Assembly: GCF_003382565.3 (NCBI RefSeq)
Contig: NZ_CP086253.1
Coordinates: 372,519-404,518 of the forward strand
Direction: 5' to 3'
Source: Pectobacterium aquaticum
GTDB taxonomy: Bacteria; Pseudomonadota; Gammaproteobacteria; Enterobacterales; Enterobacteriaceae
DNA length: 32,000 nt
Within the stretch, counting starts at the first letter, position 1; each line of letters starts with the position of its first letter. The notes beneath the pieces were generated by a model, which was not told the origin of the DNA, did no database searches, and worked only from the letters and a program-made list of their open reading frames with translations. The translations under genes and the position numbers were made by a program. Positions 1 through 11,432 of this stretch are shown here, piece by piece.

Positions 1-1440
<1,440 letters not shown>

Positions 1441-1447
1441 CTAAATT

Positions 1448-1463
1448 GCTAAACCGGTTTTTC
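1448..1463. promoter_or_regulatory. Candidate LacI-family (ScrR-type) operator upstream of scrY
   Basis: Sequence gctaaaccggtttttc. Its left half GCTAAACC is the mirror complement of the GGTTTAGC half-site seen upstream of scrK at 2560-2567; the ideal palindrome would be GCTAAACCGGTTTAGC. In characterised scr regulons both the scrK and scrY promoters are ScrR-controlled. Confidence 0.4.
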
Positions 1464-1584
1464 AAGAGGAAAATAAAAGCCAGCAGAAGGGTTAGCAAGA
1501 AATTTCATTCGCCCGATTCTGTAACTGTGATCCTGACTACAAAACCGGGCGGTAACCGTATCAAACGAGGGGATTAGGGCTTGG

Positions 1585-2508
1585 CTAGGGGCGTGCGTGC
1601 AACTGCTGAGCGTGGGGGAGTGCGGTCATTGCGCCTTTTGCCGTGGTAGCCAGTGCACCGCACCGCTGCGCCTGCTCGATAATGGGATCCCAGCTAAGTG
1701 GCTGCGACAGGTCATCATACTGCGCCAGACCGTGCAGCAAACCGGCGACGAAAGCATCGCCCGCGCCAGTGGTATCGACGGGCGTTACCGACGGCGCGGC
1801 AAAGTGTTGTAGCCGATGGCGATCGTGCAGCCAGACACCTTCGCCGCCCAGCGTCACTAGCAAGAGTTGGGTGGGGTAGCGCTGCATAAACTGCTGAATT
1901 CCCGCTTCAACATCCGGTGTCGAGCAGAGAAAGGCCAGTTCTTCACGCGATAGCTTCACCACGTCGGCCAGCATCAGCGCCTGTGCCAGACAGTCGCGCA
2001 GTTCCTGCTCGCTTTGCCAGAGGTCGTCACGAATATTCGGGTCGAAGCTGATCCATCCCTGTGCGGCTTTCACCTGCTGCATCGCCGCAAATGCGGTGCT
2101 GCGCGAGGGCTCCTGCGAGAGTGCAATCGAGCAGAGGTGCAGCCATTCTCTCTGGCTGAACACCGGCAGGTCTTCCGGTTGTAAAAACAGATCGGCACTC
2201 GGGCGCACCATAAACGTGAAGGTGCGTTCCCCTGTTTCATCGAGGCTCACGACCACGGTTGAAGTTCGATGGAACCTGTCGTGTGCCATGTAGCGGGTAT
2301 CAACGCTTTCCCGTTCCAGCACCGTTTTTAGAAAATGGCCAAAAACATCGTCACCGACGCGACCAACAAAGGCGCTGTTTCCCCCCAGTCTGGCAATGCC
2401 GACCGCCACATTGGCGGGTGCACCGCCTGGGCATTTCAGATAGCGTTCCGTATCTTCCGGGATGAGATCGACAACCGCGTCGCCCATGACCCAAACTCTG
2501 TTTGCCAT
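1585..2508 (-). CDS. scrK: Fructokinase (ribokinase/PfkB family), ScrK/CscK type
   Basis: 307-aa ORF. The N-terminus VWVMGDAVVDLIPE...CPGGAPANVAVGIARLGG and C-terminal DTTGAGDAFVAGLL...GALATTAKGAMTALP match enterobacterial ScrK nearly colinearly. It is adjacent to scrY. Confidence 0.93.
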   Translation of the reverse strand: MANRVWVMGDAVVDLIPEDTERYLKCPGGAPANVAVGIARLGGNSAFVGRVGDDVFGHFLKTVLERESVDTRYMAHDRFHRTSTVVVSLDETGERTFTFMVRPSADLFLQPEDLPVFSQREWLHLCSIALSQEPSRSTAFAAMQQVKAAQGWISFDPNIRDDLWQSEQELRDCLAQALMLADVVKLSREELAFLCSTPDVEAGIQQFMQRYPTQLLLVTLGGEGVWLHDRHRLQHFAAPSVTPVDTTGAGDAFVAGLLHGLAQYDDLSQPLSWDPIIEQAQRCGALATTAKGAMTALPHAQQLHARP

Positions 2509-2551
2509 AACGTTACTCTTATCAAGGATAATTAGACTGTTTGCTAAAATA

Positions 2552-2567
2552 GAAGAATCGGTTTAGC
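2552..2567. promoter_or_regulatory. Candidate LacI-family (ScrR-type) operator upstream of scrK
   Basis: Sequence gaagaatcggtttagc. The right half GGTTTAGC is a perfect half-site of the palindrome GCTAAACCGGTTTAGC shared with 1448-1463. It lies about 45 nt upstream of the scrK start. Confidence 0.4.
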
Positions 2568-2834
2568 TAAGCAATATCATTATGAGAATGTCTACAGGAT
2601 AAAATAGCAGGGAGGAAATAAACTGGGGAAGAGATTGTGAGTTACAGGAATATTTTAAGTGTATGGGTAATCATGTTTTTTTGACATAAAGGCGTAGAAA
2701 AAGGAAAGTGAACGCGATCGAGTTTTCGAACACGTGGGCTAAATAAAATACCTTTTTGCCCGATACTCTTTATGTCATTTGGCGGTACTGCGCGGCTGTC
2801 ATAAGAAGGAAGATACCAAGAAGGAGAGAATGGC

Positions 2835-3023
2835 ATGGCTCATAAAATCTTGGATAACATGTTGGATGAATTAAAAACGGTAGTGAAACAGCACGTCGGT
2901 GAGAGTGCTGATGTTCAGATTGACATACGCTATCTGGAAGGTGGACGTAAAGCGCTTCGTATTACCATTCCTGATATTTCCACCCTGGAAATTGAATTTA
3001 ATCGGCGTTCCGATCGTGCGTAG
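2835..3023 (+). CDS. Small hypothetical protein (62 aa)
   Basis: ORF with a good SD (AAGGAG at 2821-2826, 8 nt before the ATG) and a balanced, protein-like composition. Its stop overlaps a GTG start candidate of the downstream bactofilin gene (GTGCGTAG). I recognise no homology. Confidence 0.4.
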   Translation: MAHKILDNMLDELKTVVKQHVGESADVQIDIRYLEGGRKALRITIPDISTLEIEFNRRSDRA

Positions 3024-3744
3024 TTACAACCTGCTTTGGGGAATATGGGCGATATGGGCTTTATTGGTTATCGCTTGGCTTATTGATATTTATAGCGAAT
3101 TTCCCCTTCACTATTACGGTCAGGGAGTGGCCGTTGTACTCGCCACAAGTGCCACGATCGCATTTTTCTATACTGTTAAAAGGAATAACACGATGTTTTC
3201 ATTCGATAAAAACAAAAAAGACGCCAAAGAATCGCAAGAGCGCAGTGAAATAAACAGCTCTCCCGCTATCAGCCCATCGAACGAGTTGATTAATTCAGTG
3301 AACCCTGTGCGCGTGAAAAAAGACACCTTCATTTCTCAGGGCGCGCGTATGACGGGCTCTCTGGCCGTGGATGGCAACATTACCGTAGAAGGCCGAGTAG
3401 AAGGTGATGTGCAGTGTGATAACACGATTAAAGTGGAGCACACCGGTCAGGTCAACGGCGAAATGAAATCGCAGCAGATCGTCATCAACGGTCGTGTTGA
3501 AGGACGCATAGCCGCAAGCGTCGTCGCCATTCTGGCACAGGGAACAGTCTTCGGCGATATTTTCACCGATGAACTCTCTATCGAAAAAGGCGGCGTCTTC
3601 ACCGGCCAATCCCACCCGCTTACCCCGCCAGCGCAGAATCAGGAAAAACTGACCTACGTGGAAAAGAAAAAAGAGAAATCCAGCAAAGCACCCGCAGAGC
3701 AAGAGAACGTCGTCGCGCTAGCGAGCAATGCGCCAACGGCGTGA
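3016..3744 (+). CDS. Bactofilin (polymer-forming cytoskeletal protein, DUF583) with two N-terminal hydrophobic helices; alternative internal start at 3193
   Basis: The C-terminal part is a bactofilin beta-helix repeat: ISQGARMTGSLAVDGNITVEGRVEGDVQCDNTIKVEHTGQVNGEMKSQQIVINGRVEGRI...GTVFGDIFTDELSIEKGGVFTG. Upstream in frame are two TM-like segments (LLWGIWAIWALLVIAWLI and GVAVVLATSATIAFFY). The ORF track starts at 2899, but that stretch overlaps the 62-aa ORF. GTG 3016 gives 242 aa; ATG 3193 (SD aaaggaa) gives 183 aa. This resembles the long and short CcmA forms described in Proteus mirabilis. Confidence 0.62.
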   Translation: MRSYNLLWGIWAIWALLVIAWLIDIYSEFPLHYYGQGVAVVLATSATIAFFYTVKRNNTMFSFDKNKKDAKESQERSEINSSPAISPSNELINSVNPVRVKKDTFISQGARMTGSLAVDGNITVEGRVEGDVQCDNTIKVEHTGQVNGEMKSQQIVINGRVEGRIAASVVAILAQGTVFGDIFTDELSIEKGGVFTGQSHPLTPPAQNQEKLTYVEKKKEKSSKAPAEQENVVALASNAPTA

Positions 3745-3780
3745 TATTGTCGGAAAAGCTCACTCTGACAGGTAAAACCT

Positions 3781-6498
3781 ATGGACAAGGAAGACATCAT
3801 CGGCCGGCGCTATTTCCAGTATTGGGGAAAAGCAAAAAGATCGACAGATGCGCTGGAGGGGGATGATTATCATCTGCTGCCTTATCACGGTTTGGATGTG
3901 GCAGCCTGTGGCTATTTCCTATTAAAGGGAAACTATTTTCAGGCTAACCATGTGCTGCGTGAACTGGCAGCGGGCGATGATGATGTCGCTGCATGGTTTG
4001 CGTATTTTTTGGCCTGGCACGATATCGGAAAATTTGCCCGTGGTTTTCAGGGCAAATATGCCAACCCTGATTCCCCGTTAGTCCAGTATTCGGGGCAGTC
4101 AGGGAGAGACAGGCATGACGATCTGGGCTTCTGGCTATGGACGATGCGTGATGACATTCCCACTTTATTTCCTTTAGGGACGAAAAAGCCCACTTCGGTG
4201 GTGAAAAATACGCTGGAGATCTGGCTGAACATTGTTACCGGGCACCACGGCAAACCGGCGGCGGAATGCAAAGGCAGTTTGGCTTTTCATCGTGATGACT
4301 ATCTGGCGGTAGAGCATTACCTGCATGATCTGGAAACGTGTTTTCCCGATGCGTCTACGCTCCCTGCCTGTTTCGCTGATAAAGGCTGGCGAAACCGGCT
4401 GAAGCAGCAAAGTTGGGCGCTGGCTGGCTTGACGGTGCTGGCAGATTGGCTGGGCTCGCGCCAGCAGGATTTCTGCTATTGCAGTACGCCGATGCCACTC
4501 GAAACCTATTGGCGTGAACACGCGCTGCCGACGGCAGAAAGGGTCATCTCGCGTTTGCCACGATCCCCGTCTCCTGCCCCTTTTCATTCTATCCCACAGC
4601 TCTTTCCGTTTATCCAGCGGCCAACGCCGCTGCAACAGCACGCGTTGGAGGCTGATATCTCCGCTGACGGGCCGCAGCTTTTCATTCTGGAAGACGTGAC
4701 TGGCGCGGGGAAAACGGAAGCGGCAATGATACTGGCGCATCGGCTGATGGCGCAGCAAAAAGCGAGCGGTATTTATGTCGGCCTGCCGACAATGGCGACG
4801 GCGAATGCCATGTATCTGCGGCTTGCCAAGGCCTACCGTGCATTATATTCACCAGAGCACAACCCTTCTCTGATGCTGGCGCACGGGGCGCGGCATATGT
4901 CATCAGCGTTTATGCAATCGCTGTGGGAAGGTGACAGTCAGGGGCAGGCGCAGTATGACAAGGAAGAAAATGCCGCCAGCAAAGACTGCAACATCTGGTT
5001 TGCGGACTCGCGCAAGAAAGCGCTGCTGGCGGATATCGGCGTGGGTACGCTCGATCAGGCGTTGATGGCAGTGATGCCGTTTCGCCACCAGTCGCTACGG
5101 GTGTTGGGGCTCCAGAACAAGTTGCTGATTCTGGATGAAGTACATGCGTATGATGCCTACATGAGCAAGCTGATCGAGCTGTTGATTGGCTTCCATGCGC
5201 AGCAGGGTGGTAGCGTGATTATCCTCACCGCGACGTTGCCGCTTAATCTGCGGGAAAAGCTGACGTGGGCGTTTTCGCAGGGGATCGCGTGTGAGGCTGT
5301 GCAGCCTGACCCCGACGCGGCTTATCCGTGGTTGACGCAGCTAACGCGTGAGGGACTACGGGAAACGCTGTTGGATACGCGGGCGGAAGTGAGACGCGAG
5401 GTCAAGATTGGCTGGTTGACGGAACGGTTGCAGGGCATTGAACGCGTGAAGGCTGCCGTGGCGGCAGGGCAATCGATCTGTTGGATCAGGAATACGGTGG
5501 ATGACGCCATCGCCGTGTATCGCCAGCTCATTGAAGCGGGGATTGCAGAGGAAAATACGTTGCTGTTCCACAGCCGCTTTGCCTTTTGCGATCGTATGGC
5601 GATTGAGGAACAGGCGCTGACGTGGTTTGGCAAAGACAGCACGCCGGAACAACGTGCTGGCAAGGTGCTGATTGCCACGCAGGTTGTCGAGCAGTCGCTG
5701 GATATTGATGTTGATAACATGATTAGCGATCTTGCGCCGATCGATCTGCTGATTCAGCGTGCAGGGAGGCTACAGCGGCATATCCGGTTGCCCGACGGGC
5801 GTCGTAAAACTGAAATGGACACTGCACCGCTGAAGGATGAGCGCCCGGCGGCGGTGCTGCACATTATGGCACCGGTCTGGCAGCCGGAAGCAGGAGCCGA
5901 CTGGCTGGGTGATGAACTGCGCAACAGCGGCTACGTTTACTCCGATCATGCTGCACTGTGGCGCACGCAGGCGATATTACGCGAACACGGTGCGATAAAA
6001 ATGCCGGAAGCGGCGCGGCTGCTGATCAACAGCGTGTATGAAGAACAGATCGCGGTGCCTCCGGCTCTGGAAGCGATAGCCTGCACGGTTTTGGGGAAAA
6101 ACTACGGTCAGCGTTCTTTCGCACTACAGTCTGCGCTGGCGTTGGTACACGGTTACTGTGCTCAATCCAGCGAAGCAGGCTGGAGCGATGCGGTGGATAT
6201 CTCCACCCGTATGGGAGAGGAAACGCTGGATCTGTATCTGGCATGGAAAGCGGAAAATGACGGTGAACTTCCACAGCCTTACGCCACATCGGACACCTTC
6301 GCCTGGGAGCAAAGCCGCGTGCAGGTGCGCTTAAGTTGGTGGCAGAAATGTAAAACTGGATTACCAATATTGGAAGGTGACGCATTGGAGCGGTTTCGGC
6401 AGCAATTACACCGTCCACAGGCCGAAGTGCTGCTGCTGAATCGGGGTGAAACCCACGCGTTTTATAGCGAGCGAGTGGGGTTGATGCTCAGTCAATAA
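3781..6498 (+). CDS. cas3: Type I-E Cas3 nuclease/helicase (HD domain + SF2 helicase)
   Basis: 905 aa. HD motifs: HLLPYHGLDVAA, WHDIGKF, VTGHHGKP. Helicase motif I LEDVTGAGKTEAA, motif II LILDEVHAYD, ILTATLP, VATQVVEQSLDID, QRAGRLQRH. It is colinear with E. coli YgcB/Cas3. Confidence 0.97.
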   Translation: MDKEDIIGRRYFQYWGKAKRSTDALEGDDYHLLPYHGLDVAACGYFLLKGNYFQANHVLRELAAGDDDVAAWFAYFLAWHDIGKFARGFQGKYANPDSPLVQYSGQSGRDRHDDLGFWLWTMRDDIPTLFPLGTKKPTSVVKNTLEIWLNIVTGHHGKPAAECKGSLAFHRDDYLAVEHYLHDLETCFPDASTLPACFADKGWRNRLKQQSWALAGLTVLADWLGSRQQDFCYCSTPMPLETYWREHALPTAERVISRLPRSPSPAPFHSIPQLFPFIQRPTPLQQHALEADISADGPQLFILEDVTGAGKTEAAMILAHRLMAQQKASGIYVGLPTMATANAMYLRLAKAYRALYSPEHNPSLMLAHGARHMSSAFMQSLWEGDSQGQAQYDKEENAASKDCNIWFADSRKKALLADIGVGTLDQALMAVMPFRHQSLRVLGLQNKLLILDEVHAYDAYMSKLIELLIGFHAQQGGSVIILTATLPLNLREKLTWAFSQGIACEAVQPDPDAAYPWLTQLTREGLRETLLDTRAEVRREVKIGWLTERLQGIERVKAAVAAGQSICWIRNTVDDAIAVYRQLIEAGIAEENTLLFHSRFAFCDRMAIEEQALTWFGKDSTPEQRAGKVLIATQVVEQSLDIDVDNMISDLAPIDLLIQRAGRLQRHIRLPDGRRKTEMDTAPLKDERPAAVLHIMAPVWQPEAGADWLGDELRNSGYVYSDHAALWRTQAILREHGAIKMPEAARLLINSVYEEQIAVPPALEAIACTVLGKNYGQRSFALQSALALVHGYCAQSSEAGWSDAVDISTRMGEETLDLYLAWKAENDGELPQPYATSDTFAWEQSRVQVRLSWWQKCKTGLPILEGDALERFRQQLHRPQAEVLLLNRGETHAFYSERVGLMLSQ

Positions 6499-6961
6499 AT
6501 GTCTCAACAGGCACATTAAAGTAGCGAGAAAAATCCTTAACTTGCTGTAATGTCATGGTTCGCTTACCGTTAATAATGTCAGAGATGACGCTTTGCGTTG
6601 CAATTTGCTTTAAATCTGACTGTTTCAGCCCTCTTTCTTCAATAAAAAAAGCTAAGGCTTCAGCCTGACTGACGTGGGGCACATCTCGGTGTTTCTTTTC
6701 ATATTCATAGACTCTGTGCGCGATGAGCTCTGCAAAAGTGGCTGGAATATCATTGACATCAGAAGAATAGAGGTAAAGTTGATTGATGCACTCCATTCTT
6801 TCCTGAAGATCATTATCGTCTTCAATAGGTTCCATACAGGCAGAGAGTAAAACAGACAAGCTGTTAAGCTGCTCAGAGGCTTCCTGAAGCAGAAGCGGTA
6901 AATTTTCGATGAGCTCACTGATTCCTACAGAATGGTTAGAACCCAGAGATGTATTTCGCAT
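6488..6961 (-). CDS. HigA-like XRE-family HTH antitoxin (157 aa); its toxin partner is decayed
   Basis: The C-terminal HTH LKQSDLKQIATQSVISDIINGKRTMTLQQVKDFSRYFNVPVETFID parallels HigA at 17665-18081 (LTQSDFEAEIGKKSLVSRILNGERTLTLDHMRALAKRFDIPVSAFVD) and E. coli HigA. SD AAGGTGA is present. The 3' end overlaps the cas3 stop by 11 nt, convergently. Confidence 0.8.
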   Translation of the reverse strand: MRNTSLGSNHSVGISELIENLPLLLQEASEQLNSLSVLLSACMEPIEDDNDLQERMECINQLYLYSSDVNDIPATFAELIAHRVYEYEKKHRDVPHVSQAEALAFFIEERGLKQSDLKQIATQSVISDIINGKRTMTLQQVKDFSRYFNVPVETFID

Positions 6962-6964
6962 AAT

Positions 6965-7146
6965 TCACCTTTTTGTCTTCGTTTGAGCTTTCCACCACTT
7001 ATCGTACTCGGCGTGAGAGCACACGTCTTTTACATACAAAGAACCTGTATTTTTGCTAATTACATAACGATTGATGAGCGAACCTGACAAACGTTAAGCG
7101 ATTGTGTGACGCCCCGGCGTGACGCTTTGAAGTCATTCGGATTCTC
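6965..7146 (-). pseudogene. higB: higB (RelE-superfamily mRNA interferase) relic: 5'-truncated, frameshifted, with an internal stop
   Basis: My translation of the minus strand. One frame reads (stop)RLSGSLINRYVISKNTGSLYVKDVCSHAEYDKWWKAQTKTKR(stop), ending 3 nt before the higA-like ATG. Compare intact HigB in this window (GKIFIKHITSHAEYDRLTEYYRRNKE) and E. coli HigB (CYIREVMTHKEYD). A second frame further upstream reads ENPNDFKAS...SLNV, which resembles TPDDMKKRF...VIDI. There is no start codon, and the N-terminal third is missing where the NTase gene ends at 7165. Confidence 0.7.
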
Positions 7147-7164
7147 ACGTCCGGTATAGCAAGA

Positions 7165-7923
7165 TTAAACGAGACCGAAGCCTATTTTTATGCGGTAAAT
7201 GACATCACTAATAGAGCCACGTATACCCAAATTTCTTAAATTAACGTTTTCGTTGGGTAGAGCAGCTAAAAATATCTCCATGTGGATTCGAATGTCATCG
7301 GGTATTTCTATTGCGTTTTCAGTTAGTTGACCAGAAAGTCGAATGACATCGTTGCGATGTTTATTTATGGTTTTGGTATCGATGGTTTCACCTGCTTTTT
7401 TACGATTTGAAAGATCGAGCCAAGCATGCATTTTGAAGGGAATTAGTCGGTCTGCACCGATGTACGATAAGCGTTCAGTTTGTTGAAGACCATTCTTCAG
7501 AAAAGCGTAGTAATTGTCGTCGAGCAGAATAGCCGAAAGGCTAGAAATATCCTCTCCCGTTGGTATGGGAATGATAGATGCATCTTTAGGTGGAGTTATA
7601 CCTTCTGGTGAACGTGAAAAAATCTCTATTTGTACTGGATAAGTGCTGTCTTCAGGGTTCTTAAAACGATAGAAGATTGATTTTTCGCCACCGCTTTGGC
7701 GATGTTCATAGCCTCCTGCTTTGATGAACTCCCAGAATTTATTCAAAAACTCAGGGGTCAAGGTTTCAATGATCAAAACGATGTCTAAATCTTTAGTCGA
7801 TCGGAATGGCTCCCCGACCTCATCGAGAGTAATCCAGGAGGCTACTCCGCCGATCAACACATATTGATCTTGATAATCCTTGAAATATTCACCAAAAAGG
7901 CCTAGTCCGCGAATTTCATCCAT
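7165..7923 (-). CDS. Nucleotidyltransferase-fold protein, AbiEii/DUF1814-like putative toxin (252 aa)
   Basis: NTase signature: YVLIGGVAS (G25-G26), FRSTKDLDIVL (D45xD47), a later acidic strand VQIEIF, and a C-terminal helical region FKMHAWLDLSNRKK...KHRNDVIRL. It overlaps the upstream gene by 22 nt in operon fashion. The region is AT-rich compared with the cas genes. Confidence 0.75.
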   Translation of the reverse strand: MDEIRGLGLFGEYFKDYQDQYVLIGGVASWITLDEVGEPFRSTKDLDIVLIIETLTPEFLNKFWEFIKAGGYEHRQSGGEKSIFYRFKNPEDSTYPVQIEIFSRSPEGITPPKDASIIPIPTGEDISSLSAILLDDNYYAFLKNGLQQTERLSYIGADRLIPFKMHAWLDLSNRKKAGETIDTKTINKHRNDVIRLSGQLTENAIEIPDDIRIHMEIFLAALPNENVNLRNLGIRGSISDVIYRIKIGFGLV

Positions 7924-8933
7924 GGGTAATTTTCCTTAATTTCATCGAGCGATAGTTGAATTCTTTCATCAGGATTATCCTTAAAAGCCAGATAAAGGGA
8001 TACTTCATCAACGACATTAGTTGAAGATTTAGGGCTACGATAGCGCCAGATCTCGATAGTGGCTTTTGCACTGTCAATATCCGTCACCTCTTTAAACTGG
8101 CCGCTCTCCAAAAATGTTGTGTAGATTTTCTGCGTCATCGCGAATACAGGGTGTCGGCCTGATGAAAGTAGGGTGTATTTCGCCAGAGCAGTATCACCGC
8201 TATAACATACGTCTTTACCTAATTTTGGGATTTTGTTCACCATAACCGTTTTCTTAACAGGGCTACGCATCATCGGCAGGGCTTTTTTAAAGGTATCTTT
8301 TTGCGAATGGGTAAAAGTATAACGTTTGGTTGTAAATGCCTCTTCAGTATCAGGAATGAGTATATCTGCGTTGATTAGTTCTGTAGTGACTTTGGAAAGC
8401 GTTACCCTGCTGTACTTATAAGGTGCCATGAGTTCATAAGCGTTGTAGGCTAAACCAGATTGGTTCCATCCGTCATAAAGTAACCGGATTAGTATGGCTT
8501 GGGTTGCGGGAGAAAATTCAGTGCCCCTTTCCTTATTCTGTTTCCTCATTCTGAATGCTTCGCGCAAATCCATAGCTAATTCAGGAATAAAGAATTGCCG
8601 GTCAATGGAGATGAAGTTAATTTGTTGTTCAATAAGGCTTTTCCGTTCTACAAAGGAGAGCGTATTAGTAACGTAAACGACAACCCTTTCCGTTTTTTTC
8701 TCGATAACAGCGAGGCGTTTTTTTAGGGCAACAATACCTGGGTATTCTCCATCGTGCTGGATGATGGCCAACAGAGGTATGAGTGCACCGTTTGGCAGGT
8801 AGATGTCTAATTCGAAGAACTGGAAAGCATCCTGGATGCTGAATGGGACATTGAGCTTTGTTTTAGCAGCCTTAATTTTAAATCCTAATGCAGATTGAAT
8901 ATAGTTTTTTAACCCGGTTATTTTCATTGTCAT
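7902..8933 (-). CDS. wHTH protein, AbiEi/COG5340-like putative antitoxin/regulator with an extra unassigned N-terminal domain (343 aa)
   Basis: SD GGAGAG lies 5 nt before the ATG. Residues ~141-192 look like a winged HTH (SPATQAILIRLLYDGW...YSRVTLSKVTTELINADILI). The C-terminal part (CYSGDTALAKYTLL...VVDEVSLYLAFKDNPDERIQLSLDEI) resembles AbiEi-type C-domains. Residues 1-135 carry no motif I can assign. The family assignment is from memory of these families, not from a search. Confidence 0.65.
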   Translation of the reverse strand: MTMKITGLKNYIQSALGFKIKAAKTKLNVPFSIQDAFQFFELDIYLPNGALIPLLAIIQHDGEYPGIVALKKRLAVIEKKTERVVVYVTNTLSFVERKSLIEQQINFISIDRQFFIPELAMDLREAFRMRKQNKERGTEFSPATQAILIRLLYDGWNQSGLAYNAYELMAPYKYSRVTLSKVTTELINADILIPDTEEAFTTKRYTFTHSQKDTFKKALPMMRSPVKKTVMVNKIPKLGKDVCYSGDTALAKYTLLSSGRHPVFAMTQKIYTTFLESGQFKEVTDIDSAKATIEIWRYRSPKSSTNVVDEVSLYLAFKDNPDERIQLSLDEIKENYPWMKFAD

Positions 8934-8944
8934 TTTTGCTCTCC

Positions 8945-9007
8945 GTGTAAACTTACTTTTTGTAATGTATATCAGGTAACTTTCAACGGCAAAAAATTAC
9001 TTTACAC
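8945..9007. promoter_or_regulatory. Imperfect inverted repeat bracketing a candidate promoter of the wHTH/NTase operon (possible autoregulatory operator)
   Basis: Arms are GTGTAAACTTACTTTTT (8945-8961) and AAAAAATTACTTTACAC (8991-9007), matching 14/17 as an inverted repeat. Between them on the minus strand are TTGCCG, a 17-nt spacer, and TACATT, a plausible -35/-10 pair. AbiEi-type antitoxins are known to autoregulate through inverted repeats. Confidence 0.35.
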
Positions 9008-9190
9008 GAAAAGATATCACAGGTGTTTTGTCTGTTATTGCTGCTTTGGCAAAGGAAAGATATAAAGGGGGTTTTGCAAGTGCCGCCACACCCCGCCTGC
9101 ACTATCCTAGTGCTGAGCCACAAACGTGAGCCATCTCTCTGGCGTCGCGGGCTGAATGCGTTAAAAAAGAGACTGTAGAACCAGCCGTAA

Positions 9191-11429
<2,239 letters not shown>

Positions 11430-11432
11430 CTG

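Noticed and set aside
2642-2836. A 64-aa minus-strand ORF lies in the scrK / small-ORF intergenic region.
   Set aside because: It sits in an AT-rich divergent promoter region and has neither an SD nor any recognisable homology.
4047-6418. Several minus-strand ORFs of 61-194 aa lie inside cas3. Similar antisense or off-frame ORFs occur inside cse1, cas7, cas1, pyrB and argI.
   Set aside because: They are nested in strongly supported genes and have no independent signals.
8307-8324. An Rx4H motif (RYTFTH, residues 204-209) in the 343-aa wHTH protein would make the pair HEPN-MNT-like.
   Set aside because: It is a single short motif in a non-helical-looking context and lacks the usual RN..aH flavour, so it is likely chance. 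The AbiEi-like reading fits the rest of the protein better.
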